From Acanthaster planci (lineage: Eukaryota): a stretch of DNA of 64,000 nt. The number at the start of each line of letters is the position of its first letter. Within the stretch, counting starts at the first letter, position 1. The position numbers were made by a program, and so were the translations under genes. The stretch lies in NCBI RefSeq assembly GCF_001949145.1, contig NW_019091361.1:3830148-3894147 (forward strand), given 5' to 3'. Of this stretch, positions 25,091 through 37,700 are shown in pieces. The notes below the pieces were generated by a model. That model was not told the origin of the DNA, made no database searches, and saw only the letters and a list, made by a program, of their open reading frames with translations.

Positions 25091-28000
25091 GTGAAGGCAG
25101 TTCCGCCGCCGATGATGGTAACCTCGCCGCCGGTGTATGCAGTTCCGCCGCCGGCATGGGTAGCCTCGCCGCCGGTGCAGGCAGATCCTCTACCGGCATG
25201 GGTAGCCTCGCCTCTGGCGCAGGCAGTCCCACCGCCGAGACGGACAGCCTCTCCGCTGGCGCAGGCAGTTCCGCAGCCGAGTTGGACAGCCCCGCCGCCG
25301 GCACGGGTGACCCCGCCGCCGGAGCGGGCGGTCCCACCTCCGGTGTTGACTGTCCCATCACCGCCTGGTGTTGCCATAAGACCGACATCTTCTCATGAAT
25401 CGGGACTGTATGTCAGAGGAGAGATTATGGACATGGCTGTGAGCTTCTTGATTGACACTGGCGCAACGGAAAGCTTCATCTCCTCCTAGTTGTTTCACAG
25501 GACGAACTCAGACTCGAGGCCTACACTCATGCAAGCAGATCGCAAATTTCGCCGGGCTGATGGAAGCGAACTGCAAATCACTGGGCGAGTAAAACTGCCC
25601 ATAAAGATAGGGGCAGTCAGATCCTACATGGCGTTTGGGTAGCTGACGTGAGTGATACTGCCATCCTGGGACTGCATTTCTTGCGGGAAAACAAATGCCA
25701 GCTAATCTGGGAGGAGGAGTGTCTCACCGTCGGTAACTTCAAGGTCCCTCTGCGGAAGTATCCAGAGGTGCCTGCAGCCTGTCGGGTGCGGATTACTTTG
25801 TCGACATTGATTTATGTCGTTGTGCCCCCTTCTTTTGAAATGCTACTGGAGTGCCAAGTTGCCAGCGATGGAGGTGAGCTGCCGACATGGAGTGTGCTGC
25901 AGAATAGAGAGACGGTCGTCGAGAATCGGGTCGTCGAGTGGTTGTTGTGGCCAATGCTCTTGTGCATACCCGGGACAAACGTGTTCCAGTGAGACTCTTA
26001 AACGTATCGCATGAAGCACTCATGCTCAGAGAGGGGACTGCTGCCGCCATCCTGGAACCGGTGGATAGCGTTGCAATACTGGAACACACAGAACAAGAAA
26101 AACAAGAGGCAAGCGAGAGTGAAGAGCTGGGAGTACCTGAACACCTGTCTTCACTGTTTGAGTCCAGCTTCGTAGGGTTAACGGTTGATGAGCGAGCTGG
26201 ACTTGCAGCTTTACTGAGATAGTTCAGTGACGTGTTCTCTACTGGGCAGACAAAGAAATAGCAAAAATGCTTTTGCAGGGTGTCATTGAGCAATCGGAGA
26301 GCCCATGGAGTTCACCGCTTGTCCTGGTGAGGAAGAAGGACGGGTCTGTCCGAGTGTGCATTGACTATCAAAGGCTGAACGAGGTTACAGTGAAGGACGC
26401 ACACCCACTCCCGCGAATAGAGGACAGCCTTGACTCACTGGCAGGGTCCAAATTCTTCTCTACCCTGGACCTTGCTTCAAGGTACTGGCAGGTAGAGGTA
26501 GCTGAGGAGGCCGAAGACTGCCTTTAGTACCAGACGAGGTGGGCTGTACCAGTTTATTACCATGCCTTTCGGGTCGTGCAACGCGCCCTCCACTTTTGAG
26601 CGCTTGATGGAGCGTATCCTTGCGGGGTTGCAATGGCGAGTGGCTGTTTTGTACCTCGATAACGCCGTCGTTTTTGGACGGTCGTTTGATGAACACATGC
26701 AAAGGCTATGCCTAGTTTTCTAGAGGCTTCGTGAGGCCAGCCTGAAGTTGAAACCCAAAAAGTATTGGCTTCTCCAGCGAGAGGTAGAGTTCCTCGGTCA
26801 TGTCGTCTCTCCAGCGGGGGTTGCTACCGACCTTGGAAAGGTTCGTGCTGTACAAGACTGGCCCCAGCCGGCCGCTGTTGCTGATGTTCAAAGCTTTCTT
26901 GGATTGGTGTCATACTACTGGCGGTTTATTGAGGGCTTCGCTCAAATTGCTCGACCCTTGCACCAGATCACCGAGAAGGGTAGGCCATTCTGGTGGACCA
27001 TGGAATGCCAGGAAGCGTTTGAGGCGTTAAAGCATCCCATATCCTGGCCCATCCAATCCCAGGAAAGGAGTTCATCCTCGACACTGATGCCAGCGGGTCT
27101 GCAGTTGGTGATGTGCTGTCAAAAGCAGAGCCTTGACCAAGCAGGAGAGGAATTATTGCGTGACGAGAAAGGAACTGCTGGTCATTGTGCCCTTTGTAAA
27201 GAAGTACCATCATTATCTTTATGAGACTCGCTTCAGGGTTTGTACAGATCACCGGACCCTGGAGTGGATGTTTGGTGCTCGAGATCCCAAGGACAGCATG
27301 CAAGATGGCTACAGAAGCTCAGCATCTATGACTTTGTCATTGAGCATCGTTCCGGTAGACGTCCAGGAAATGCTGATGCATTGTCCAGGAAATGACTCCC
27401 TAACTATGACCACGTATCGATGGAGGAAATCAGCCCCGGCACTAAGGTGAGCATTAAAGATTTGCGACAGCCCCAGATGAATCACGTAGGGCGCAGCGTG
27501 GTGCAGGCAACTTCCCGGCCGGCACAGGACACCCCACCATTGGAGAAGGCAACTGGGTCCCCGGGTCCGGTAGCCTCTCCACAGGTGACAACAGCCCAGC
27601 CCCCGGAGATAGTAGCCTCACTGCCGAAACAAACACTGAAGGCAGTGCATCGACCAGGGGGAGATGCAGAGCTAGGAGGTTCCAGGTAGCGTCCAGATGC
27701 CAATGCCACAGAGGTTAGTTATGAGCAGCTGGCCAGGTCACAGCGATGTAATGAGGACTTGAAGGAAGTGCTGCAGTGAGTGGTGCATGGTCGACGGCCG
27801 TCCTGGGAGAGTGTGGCACCCTTGAGCAAAGGGATCAAATTCTGGCCGGCTCGCTTTAAGCAGCTGGTGGTAGAGCAAAAAGCCCTGTGTATCCAGTGGG
27901 AGCCCAGTCGACCAGCTGAAAAGCCCCGACTGAGAATTTTGGAACCCCGGGAACTGCAACCTGCCATACTGAGGCATTATCATGACGAGAAAACCGGAGG

Positions 28001-28950
28001 ACATCTCGGTGTTGCAAAAAACTTTGCTAAACTGTGCAGAAGCAACTTCAATTGGTCTTCTATGCGTCAGTCGGCTCGCCGCTGGGTCCAACGGTGCCTA
28101 CAGTGTCAGAGACGGAAACCGCCAGGTGGGGCCCCTCCCTCCCACTGGCCAGGGTAACCGGTACATCATCGTGGTGGGAGACTATTTCACCAAGTGGACT
28201 GAGTGTTATGCAGTTCCATCACACTGCCAAGACCGTTGCAACCAAACTCGTGGATGAGTTCGTCGCCAGGTTCGGTGTTCCCTAGAAGTCCACTCCGACC
28301 AAGGGAGGGAATTCGAATCTGAGATTTACACAGAACTGTGCTAAATCCTCGGCCTCATAAAGACCCGCACCACTCCATACTACCCCAGGTCCGCCGGAAT
28401 GATTGAGCGTTTCAACTGGACGATCGAAGCCATGCTGAGTCTGTGGGTGAAAAAAATCACAGCCTGACTGGGACGAGCATATTGTATATTGTGTACTGGA
28501 AGTTGGCAGATCATGACACTACAAAGGAGACACCCAATGCGATGATGTTGGCCGCGAGGTGAGGATGCCGGTAGACCTACTGTTAGGTGCCACCCCAGAA
28601 GAGACCCATATTAATCCATGTGAGTACGCCCAAAATCTTCAAGAGAAGTTGAAGTTGGCCCACGAGGTTGCCAGGAAGCCAGCAGTACACAAATGAGGGG
28701 CCCAGAAGAAGCATTACGAATTGAATGCACTGCAGGGGGTCTATAACAAGGGAGATGTGGTGTGGCTCCATTGCAAGGCAAAGAAGAAGGGAATTTGCCC
28801 AAAGATGACCCTAAGCTGGACTGGTCCCTTCGTCGTACTGGAGAGACTGTCTGATGTGGTGTACAGGATTCGGAAAACCCCTCTTTCCAGTCCGCAGGTG
28901 GTTCACGCAGACAGGCTGAAGTATGCGAAGGAGTTAGTGCAGGGGACTGT
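25091..28950 (+). pseudogene. pol: Gypsy pol (protease, RT, RNase H, integrase) disrupted by many stops, frameshifts and deletions
   Basis: FLIDTGA; SPWSSPLVLVRKKDGSVRVCIDYQRLN, HPLPRIEDSLD, FSTLDL, YLDN (decayed YLDD); DTDAS, NYCVTRKELL; H..GGHLG..CxxC, GDYFTKW, HSDQGREFES, WTGPF. Confidence 0.92.
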
Positions 28951-30179
28951 GGATTCAAAGAGTTTGAACTGGCATCACCATCAAGACAGCCAGGAAGCCC
29001 CAGCGCGGGCGGCCCCTCCGCCGAAGCGGACAATCAACGGCATGCGACTTGCTCAGATCCGAAGAGAAGCGACCACGAACGCGCCGAGGCAGAGCAGTTC
29101 GTAAGCCCCAGCGATACTTGCAGCAAGTGTACCCTTGCCCTAACCGTAATAAGCCTGCAGAGGGCGCTATCGACCATCATCATTAACACATTGAGCTGGG
29201 ACGGGAACAGAAAGTGATGGAACAACAGTAGTAGTGCGGACAACAGTATGCGTCGTCTTACAATAGATACAGACATGAGAAAGCAGCGCATGAAGGGCGG
29301 TCCTTTCGTTATGGACAATGCCCCCAGAGCTACAGGCAGGCTGACTACCTGGCTTGACACGCCAGATCCCACGAGGCGGCAGCCGGTGGAGGGGCCTAAT
29401 TCGACATTAACCAACATTCTCGTGGACAGCCAAGTTGCGATAAAATTAATGGACACTTATTCAGACATCTTTCTAACGGTGATTTGTATAGTTAACTATA
29501 ACTCTCTTTCGTGTCTTCTGATAATGTTAACTGTTAGTGCCAAAATAAATCCCGTGAAAGTATTATAGCGCCCTCTGTTGTTCACAGACATTTAGGCTGT
29601 AATGATGGGATGTCAACGCGGGGCATTGCTCGTTTTTTCATGAGCTGAGTGGAATTGACGGTGGAGGAAAAAAGTTTTTTCAACTTCTGCATCTTTCTCC
29701 TAGGTTAATCTCTTGAAGGAATTGAAGGAAAGAATTTGGAAGCCTCTGTAAGACTAAGAGCTTTGTAACCCTTTGTACAAGTACCTTTTATAAACGTTTA
29801 ACTAGCGTTTATCACATGTATGGAGTTTTGACAAGTTACGCAGAATTACAATTTGGAAGAGACAGTTGAAACGTACACCAGCGTGAACTATTGCCTTTAT
29901 TTTAGTGCACAGTATAGACTGATATAGCTTCAAAGAACTGCTAGAGCATTGGAAACTTCTGGGTATGCTTGCAGGCCCAGTCCATTCACTCAATTACTAG
30001 ATGTACGTGAAACAGAGAGAAGGTGGGCAATAGAGTACGTTAAGAAGGGCCCATGAACCGATAAAAGGGCACGTACACTAACTAAACGTTATTTAAATAG
30101 CTTTTCAAAAAAATTTAATAAGAAGGAAAAGTGTTTGTTACCCCTATTTAGGAGAATAGGCCATTTTTGGGAGGGGCAG

Positions 30180-31023
30180 TGTAGTGGACTATTTGTTTTC
30201 CATAGTTCCAAGTCAACGGCGCCACCGGAGTGGCTCCGGCGACGCGCACCTGGCTGGCCTGGTTTTGGAATTTGGCCGGCGCGCGCTCCGAAAATAGGTA
30301 GCTATAAATAGATCGCTTCAATTGGCTTGTTTTGTTGGGTACGCGGGAAGGGCTTGGCTGGATTCCAGGACTGGGTCAATAGAGGGATCCCAATACGAAG
30401 CTTTTAGCGTCGATCTGCGCACTTGCGCGTTTGAAAACGAGGCTGTATGTGTCAGTTTTCAATTCTTAATCCGATCAGACGATTGAAAGTAAGGAGTCGA
30501 GACACAGAATACATAAAGGTATGATAAATTTAGACTTTTCAGGCTGCAAATTTTTGTGGAAGAGTCTTTTAGGATGACTCGACACGTATTATCAAAAGAA
30601 AAAATAACGACAATTTACCGCGAACTAACGTACCTGCGATGGTCGTGTATCTTGTCCAGTGGGCGTGGTTTAAACTGAAGTGGTGTCACTTACGAACGGG
30701 ATACTGTATGTACTGTGTCGACTCCGCGGGCGGGCGATAAAGTTCAACACAGAGAGCCTCGGTTTCGATGCATGTATGCGCAGACGGCGCTAATGTGAAA
30801 TCCCTATATACTATTGCTTCAATGTTATACTTTTCCTGACAGTGTGCTTTTGTATGTGGAGAACGATCAGTTGTCTTTTTGGAAGCTTTGTGGCAGGTAG
30901 CCGATCTTAATTTATTGAAATAAGTAACTGAGTTTGGAGTTTAAAGCCTTGATAGAGCTGTGTCCCCTTTTTCAAGCGTTTGGCTGGATTGGAGGATAAG
31001 AGCCCAATTAGGTTTACGCTATA
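30180..31023 (+). repeat. 3' LTR (interrupted by a MITE)
   Basis: TGTAGTGGAC...GGTTTACGCTATA, matching the 5' LTR on both sides of 30381-30812. Confidence 0.9.
30381..30812. mobile_element. Non-autonomous DNA element nested in the 3' LTR
   Basis: Absent from the 5' LTR (GTCAATTGCT); AT duplicated on both sides; imperfect TIRs (AGGGAT...TTAGCG.CG..CTGCGCA); partial second copy at 16028-16245. Confidence 0.85.
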
Positions 31024-32331
31024 ATAATAATAATTAAGGTATCTTAGGGTTGTTTATTTCTGAAGTCACGCATGTTTTTGTTACGTCAAGAGACACTGGG
31101 CCAATCACGTCAAACCGTCCGATTCCTAACACCCCAGTCAACGTAGACTTGAATTAGCCATCGCTTCACATAAACAGTACACAGTACACTGCTCACAGAG
31201 CGCCCTCTCTTGATAGCCTTTCAACAATATTCAGCGTCAATGTCAAAGAGGGTACAACGTGTGTCACCAATTTCAGTGGCTGGGTTCAGGTTGCTTGTTC
31301 TCACATGTTCACGAACAGCTTGATTTGTTGTTTGGCGTTGGTCGGCCGCTCGAACACTGGGAATGTACAATCGTCCATTATCGCTGGTAGTTAGTGGCAA
31401 GCAACATGGTGGCGTCCATGTACCTTCGTTGAGGTTTAGTGTTTCGATAATCAGGCTGAATTCTTTTATATTAAAAAAAGGAACATCTCTTTCTGTGTTA
31501 TGGAAAATTATTACTGTTAATTTTGCAAAACTTCCCATTGTCTCCGGTTTTGTAAGCCACAGCGCTATTTTTGCGGCTGCTTTCAAAAATCCAAATCCCA
31601 CAAGTTTTTCCGTGTGTACATGCTCCTGTAAAATACTGACGAGGGGGTGGTGTGTGATCCTGTTCCAAGAAGAATGTTCATGGGTAGTGTTCCCGCCGTT
31701 TGAGCGCAAGAAGAAGAAAGCCGTATTAAGAACAAGCCGCCCGGACCCGATTACTAGTCAGGGATTTCTGAACTCAGAATTGTAAGTGGACACAAGAGGG
31801 CGCGAAGCATAACGCAGACGTCACGGGAAAATCCCGACTTGAGTCAAGTCTACAGTCAACGGAGTTTTCAGACAGGGACGGTATTTTTCCACCCCAACGG
31901 ACGCGTGTCTAGCCGCTCGGAGACCTTCCGGTTCGTGCTGCCCGACTCATCACAGACATATAAACCTGTTTGTATGTCTGTGGACGCCACGCTCTAAGTT
32001 AGAGGGCGTCCTCGTCGAGGGGCGTGAAGTCACAGTATCAGNNNNNNNTGCAAACCTGTTAAATTGCTTTCCTTTTGGATGTTTTCCCTCTCACCATGAA
32101 TGTCAGAGCAGCGGGTAAATACATGATTTTTAAAAACCACGATACATGTTTTGCTGGGAAAGTACAGTCCGGACAATTTGTTTATTCGTGCAGATTAGGG
32201 GTGGGTTACTAATGGTAGTTGTTCTCGTTGGTGAAACTGTTTATTCTCTGTTTTGTCCTTAACCATACAGGCAAAATAAGACCTCTCTATGGTTATAATG
32301 CTTCTCAGGTGGTCTTCCAACCTTTAGACAT

Positions 32332-32478
32332 AGACATCACATCAAAAACGATTCAGTTGGAGCAAAGTGCGCATAAAATGGCAGTAATTGAAAAAATGGT
32401 CCAACTAAGTAATTTTTGAAAAAGTAGTTACTACATGCGCACTTTGCTCCAGCTGAATAGATTTCTATATGATGTCTT
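32332..32478. mobile_element. Short MITE-like inverted repeat
   Basis: AGACATCA...ATTCAGYTGGAGCAAAGTGCGCAT arms in inverted orientation. Confidence 0.65.
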
Positions 32479-34551
32479 TGAGGTTAGAACTCTTTTCATT
32501 TTTTTTGGGTGGTCATCATTATTGTTATCGGCAAATCAGCATTTTAATGTACCTGGAAACCTCGCTTCTAGAATGGTATAATCATTTTTTTTAATTTTCA
32601 GTCTATTACAATATCTGTTTAATTTCACTTTTAGTATCCCTTGACATTTACAGGAGTTCCCTTTTTCCCACTTGAAGCAACATAATTGCCAGCATATTTG
32701 TTTAGATTTTGATGACGTTTTTATTACAATTCAGAGGTTAAAGTGAGTTTGGACTGCAATCTTTTTACACGGGGGCTTAAATTCTAATATCTTATGTCAC
32801 TTACATGTATCTTATATCAACCTGGCTCACTTCCAAACAGCTTTGCCTTAAGGTTTCAGCATTATAAGTTGTATATTCCCGGATATCCCAGTTCAATGTA
32901 CACGAGCTGCAGGGCCTGATTATTTCGCGTGGATCTGGATCACGATCAGTGACCTGACCTCGGTTCACCGACACCAACGCCAGCGTAGTGGATAGAGCGA
33001 ACCGGATTTGGGATCGTTGTCAAGATCCAGATCCTTGTGAAGCAAACTTGCCCTGTGACATTTACAATTTCAAACCACAAAGGCGACAATGCATAGTCTT
33101 GTTTTCTGGGCACTTTATGTCTGCCAAACTTGTCCAATACTGGGATTAGAGAAGGTCAATGCAATCTCACAGCGACAGAGAGAAATTCGAATCCAATCTG
33201 AATTTGACTTACTTGGCTCAATCTGATATGATCTGATGATAGAATTCGTGTCTCAATCCGAAACCGACAAAGAGTACTGAATCCTTATCCGACAGAATAC
33301 GAATATATATCAACAAAAACCTGATATGTATGTTGCCAGTCACAAGCTTGATTGTAGAATTTATGTACACGTATGTCTGATAACGTTGAAGTCCTAAACA
33401 TAAATTGTTCACGAAGGGTGCAATCCTTGACAAAATTGTTAGGACACTTAGCAATAGCCGTACGCTTTCCAGCCCCCTCCCCAACTCTCCTGGTCGATGT
33501 TGTCATGTCCAGCCGGAGCGTAGACCGCGCATAGACCCAACATTGATAGGGGGTCTGGGGATTGAAGGCCCAAGGAGATTAAATTGTCCGGGATTGTCTA
33601 ACTTGGTTCATAATTGTGTATGTGTATACCACGCCGTTCAGGGGGTGTGTCGTGAAGCGTCGTTTTTAGAAAATACAGGTTTAAAATATATCGCTATTTT
33701 ATGGCCGCACTGTACAATTAAAAGAAGGGAAAACCAGTATCTATTTTTGTATTGTGTAACCATAGCCAAGTGTGTTATTGGGGTAGGCAAATCCTATGGG
33801 GAAAAGAATCGAAATGCATTTTTAGGGGAGTGATTTCAAGGCACAATGGGCGCTTTACAGGGTGTTATGTTTGTGGGAGTACATTGTATTAGATGCTCCA
33901 AAGCATTTCGCCGGACATATATCTATTTTTTAAACATGAAATGTCCATTTAGGACTGGACACACCATAAAACTGTGCGAGATTTCTGTTTTTGAGTTATT
34001 CAGTCATTTTGTCGAGAAAGGAGAGACTCAAGTTCTTTAATGATGTGATGCAGCTCACCGCTGGCAGTGTGCCTTCAACATCGACTCCATGGGCTGCGTG
34101 CGCGTTCCTTCTCTAGCCCTGGTCGTGTAGAATACGAAAATGACGCTGACTGACTATCCAGGATGATTACATCAATCGCGCGTGGGAAGCTGCATGCTCG
34201 CGCCCACACTCTCTTACACGTCACGCACGTGTAAATGCGTCGCACGTTAACACACTCACTAAAGTCCTAATTTAAATTATGCAGTTACCGGGTTACATCG
34301 CGCAAGGCATGGTGGGAACCAACATGGCGCGACAAGATCGTATCCATTGATCTCCAATATGATCGTATCGTACCCATGGGTTGATGCAACCTCGTTCACA
34401 TGGGTGCAATCTTGTCGCCAAGTGAAGGAACGCGAACGCACACGCAGCCCATGAAATCGAGGATGGGTTGGTGTTTTTTATGTATCGCGCGCGCCCTGTT
34501 ATTTTAGAGAGTGCTCCGCGCTGTTGAGTGCACGCATTGATATCCATTCTG

Positions 34552-34792
34552 GGGGCCAATTTCATAGAGCTGCTTAAGCACAAAATTTGCTAAAGCAGAA
34601 TAAAACTTTACTAAATAAACAAAGATTGCCAGCTCAAACTCTATCTGATTGTTATGCTAACCAAAAACAGCTAAATACAATCCCAATACAATATTCATCA
34701 CATGGAGTTTTGGCTGGTTACCTCATTTATCAAGTAAGGTTTTTTTGCGCTTAAGCAAATTTTGTGTTAAGCAGCTCTATGAAATTGGCCCT
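34552..34792. mobile_element. MITE (PIF/Harbinger-like termini)
   Basis: 25-bp perfect TIR GGGCCAATTTCATAGAGCTGCTTAA; the superfamily is only a guess. Confidence 0.75.
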
Positions 34793-37700
34793 CTAGATGG
34801 GACATCGCGTCCAAAACGCGCCCCGCATAGGCGTTTTTGCCGAAGGGTAAATAATAAGCGTTGCGAATTTTGTTGAGGACACTTTCAAACGGAGTTTTCA
34901 AAAATTGGTTGAGGTTATTCTACTTCAGTCGTCAGATGTCGAAGAAAAACTGAATTCTGCATCTGGAATGGTAAATTTGGAAAGAACAATGGTTGAGCTG
35001 TGTGCAGTGAATTGCCAGAGATCGATGCTAAATCAAGTTTGGAAAAAGGAACAGCTTTGGACATGTGATCCATGGCTGCACGTACGTTTCGCTCCCATTC
35101 AACGTGTGGAAATTAATGAATTCGACCGCGCGGCGGTTACATGACCAGGCCCTCGTGAATCATACGGAATTGCCCTTAGCAACTTGCCAATCCTTTTGTG
35201 GAGCCTTCTTGGTTTGAAGACCTCCTTTGCTCAATATTAACAAACAATCACATTGAAACTCTGTGTACGTGGTCTAGAAGGCTTAAAGCGAATAAAACAC
35301 CACAGAATCATGAAAGGAAATGCTACATAAATATGAAATTTAGCCTCAAAGTGGTTGCTAAGATGATAAACTATTTCCATTTCACACTCCTGCGCAGCGT
35401 GATATACCTGTTTTACATGCACAAAACCGATCCAGCCACGTACCGTGCACAGTACGTGTACACTGCTGCTTGTTACACGCACACATACGCCGCGGTACGC
35501 GGGTGTGTACGTGTACATGGAAATTCTCGTTGGAGCTGGTGTTCATGTTAATGTGGTTCATGCATGTATAGTACATGTACAACTGGGGATATATACCGTA
35601 AATTTCAACATTTCCTGGCAATGTTATAATAACAGATAGACCTCGTTTTCAATAATAGTGATGAAAATGTTTCGGCAAGAATTATTACTTTTGAAAAAGT
35701 GAAAATAGCACGCAAATTTCATGAAATGAAGCAGCTGCTTGTCTGGTACGAATTCTCATGGTCCTCAATACATATGCAAATGACCCTAAAATGGGATATG
35801 TGCTGTTAATAATTTTCCTCTTAAACATACGTGGGTGAGGGTGGAGATAATTATACAAGCATCACAATGCTTGTGATGTTTGGAGGGTAAATGCGGTGCA
35901 TTTGATGTTCATTTCAAGTTAGTGTCAATTCGAATTGGCCGATGCCGGAAATTTTTTGCACACTCTAAGTAACCAGACCCTCCCCACACACACCCAAACA
36001 GGTATGCGCGAACTCAGACAATCCTGGACAAAATTGTTGGGACACTTGGCAATAGCCGTACGATCTCCAACCCCTCCACACTCCCATCCCCCCGGTCAAT
36101 GTTATCATGTCCAGCCGGAGCGCACACCGCACGCATAGACCCAACATTGATGGGGGATCCGGGGGTTTGAGGCTAGGCCCGACGAGATTTGTCCAGGATT
36201 GTAGGTCGTAAATAGAGACGTCATCAATAAGTATTTTGGTGTAATCTCAGAGTTTCTTTTGGGCGCAAATACTGATGAACCCTCCCATGTATAAGAAAAA
36301 GTTTCACACAAGTTTCACTTAGGCAATAAAATTATGCGGTTGGAAATATTCACTTTGTTTTAACCTAAGGTGGTCACGCAGTGTCTGCTCACTACTCGTA
36401 AATAATTGTGTTTGGTCGACACAAACCTTTGTCTCATTGTCTGAACAGATAAATGGAGGTCTCCAGAACACACACAGGAAATATTGAGCATTCTGGCAAT
36501 TTATGCTAAGAATTATGCACGTTGAAATCCACCCCACCCCAATTTCCCCAGCCCCAAACCAGCCACCATCACTAAAGCGCACAGCAGAGGTCCACTGGGT
36601 GCTTGCATACTCAAAATCCTGCAGGTGTTGACATTCAAGTAATAGTAGGCTAGCAGTCAGTAATTGCCAGGGCGTCAATCGGTGGAAGACAGGGTGGACA
36701 TGTTCCAACCCCCACTTTCAAAGTGGAGAAATATCCTATCGTTTGCCCCCCCCCGACTTTTCTTCCAGATCCTAAATAAAATGTAGGGGCCTACATTTCC
36801 AGATTTGCTGTTTATATTTCCCAAATCTTTCCTCTTATGGGGGAAAAGTCGGAATGATAAACAAAAAAGGTTCTAAACTTGCATAAGATTTCAAAAGATT
36901 TTCAAAGATAGAAATTATTTCAAAAATGAAAAAAATCCCCCCAAAAGATTTTGCTTTAAAAACAGAGTTAGTGTGGTCAGAACTGCTACAGATCACATTA
37001 CATCAGAGCATGTATACTTCAAATTTCCTGGTGCTCTAAAGTGGACACCAGACCTCATGCCGTTAGGGCTTTGGGCTTCATGCTCCCATCAGTTCTGATC
37101 GGGGTTATGCCCCCCCCCCACACACACACACTTTTGAAAAGCGATTGACACCCATGTTGATTGTTAAACTGGTGTAAGAGAGGCGGTAGACGGCCACACA
37201 GAAAGAGGGATCAGGGAGAGGGAAGTATAAACAAACGAATAAAGTGCTCAGCAACAGGCCAGGGTTTCCCCAGTTGGCCTGGTCGGCACATGAATTAACT
37301 CAACATTATAGGAGACTGTACAGTCTAAAAATTTTACGGTCCTCTACGAAACAAAGAATTTCATGTAAATCGGCTTAAGCAATATGCAAAAATTTAAACA
37401 AAAACACGGAAACAACTGCTAATTTTTAGTGTCTCGGTTGCTCCGAGGGTTCCTGCAATACTCTCGAAAGATATAGAAAATAAATGTCAAGACAGCCACT
37501 CACAATAACAGAACTATTTCAATAAAACCCTTTTACCAGAAAAACAAATCGACGCAATGTTGAATTTATGCGGGTTGGTCCACACTGTTAAAATTGGGAA
37601 CGGTTTTTCATGTAACAACCGGGTTATACTGAATATTCACATGATAAATTCAAATTTCAGGCTTTTGTGACATTTTCCTTAAAAGGGGCGCATCTCGGAG

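Larger units (their letters stand above)
23367..31023 (+). mobile_element. Decayed Ty3/Gypsy LTR retrotransposon with both LTRs
   Basis: 5' LTR 23367-23784 (TG...CA), 3' LTR 30180-31023, 4-bp TSD ATAA (23363-23366, 31024-31027), PBS, PPT GGGAGGGGCAG (30169-30179), and gag-PR-RT-RH-IN domain order. Confidence 0.95.

Noticed and set aside
25096..25368. CRISPR-like array
   Set aside because: Contiguous degenerate 21-mers without unique spacers, inside a eukaryotic retrotransposon.
29034..29568. env-like ORF in the Gypsy 3' region
   Set aside because: Short ORFs with no signal peptide or fusion-protein features.
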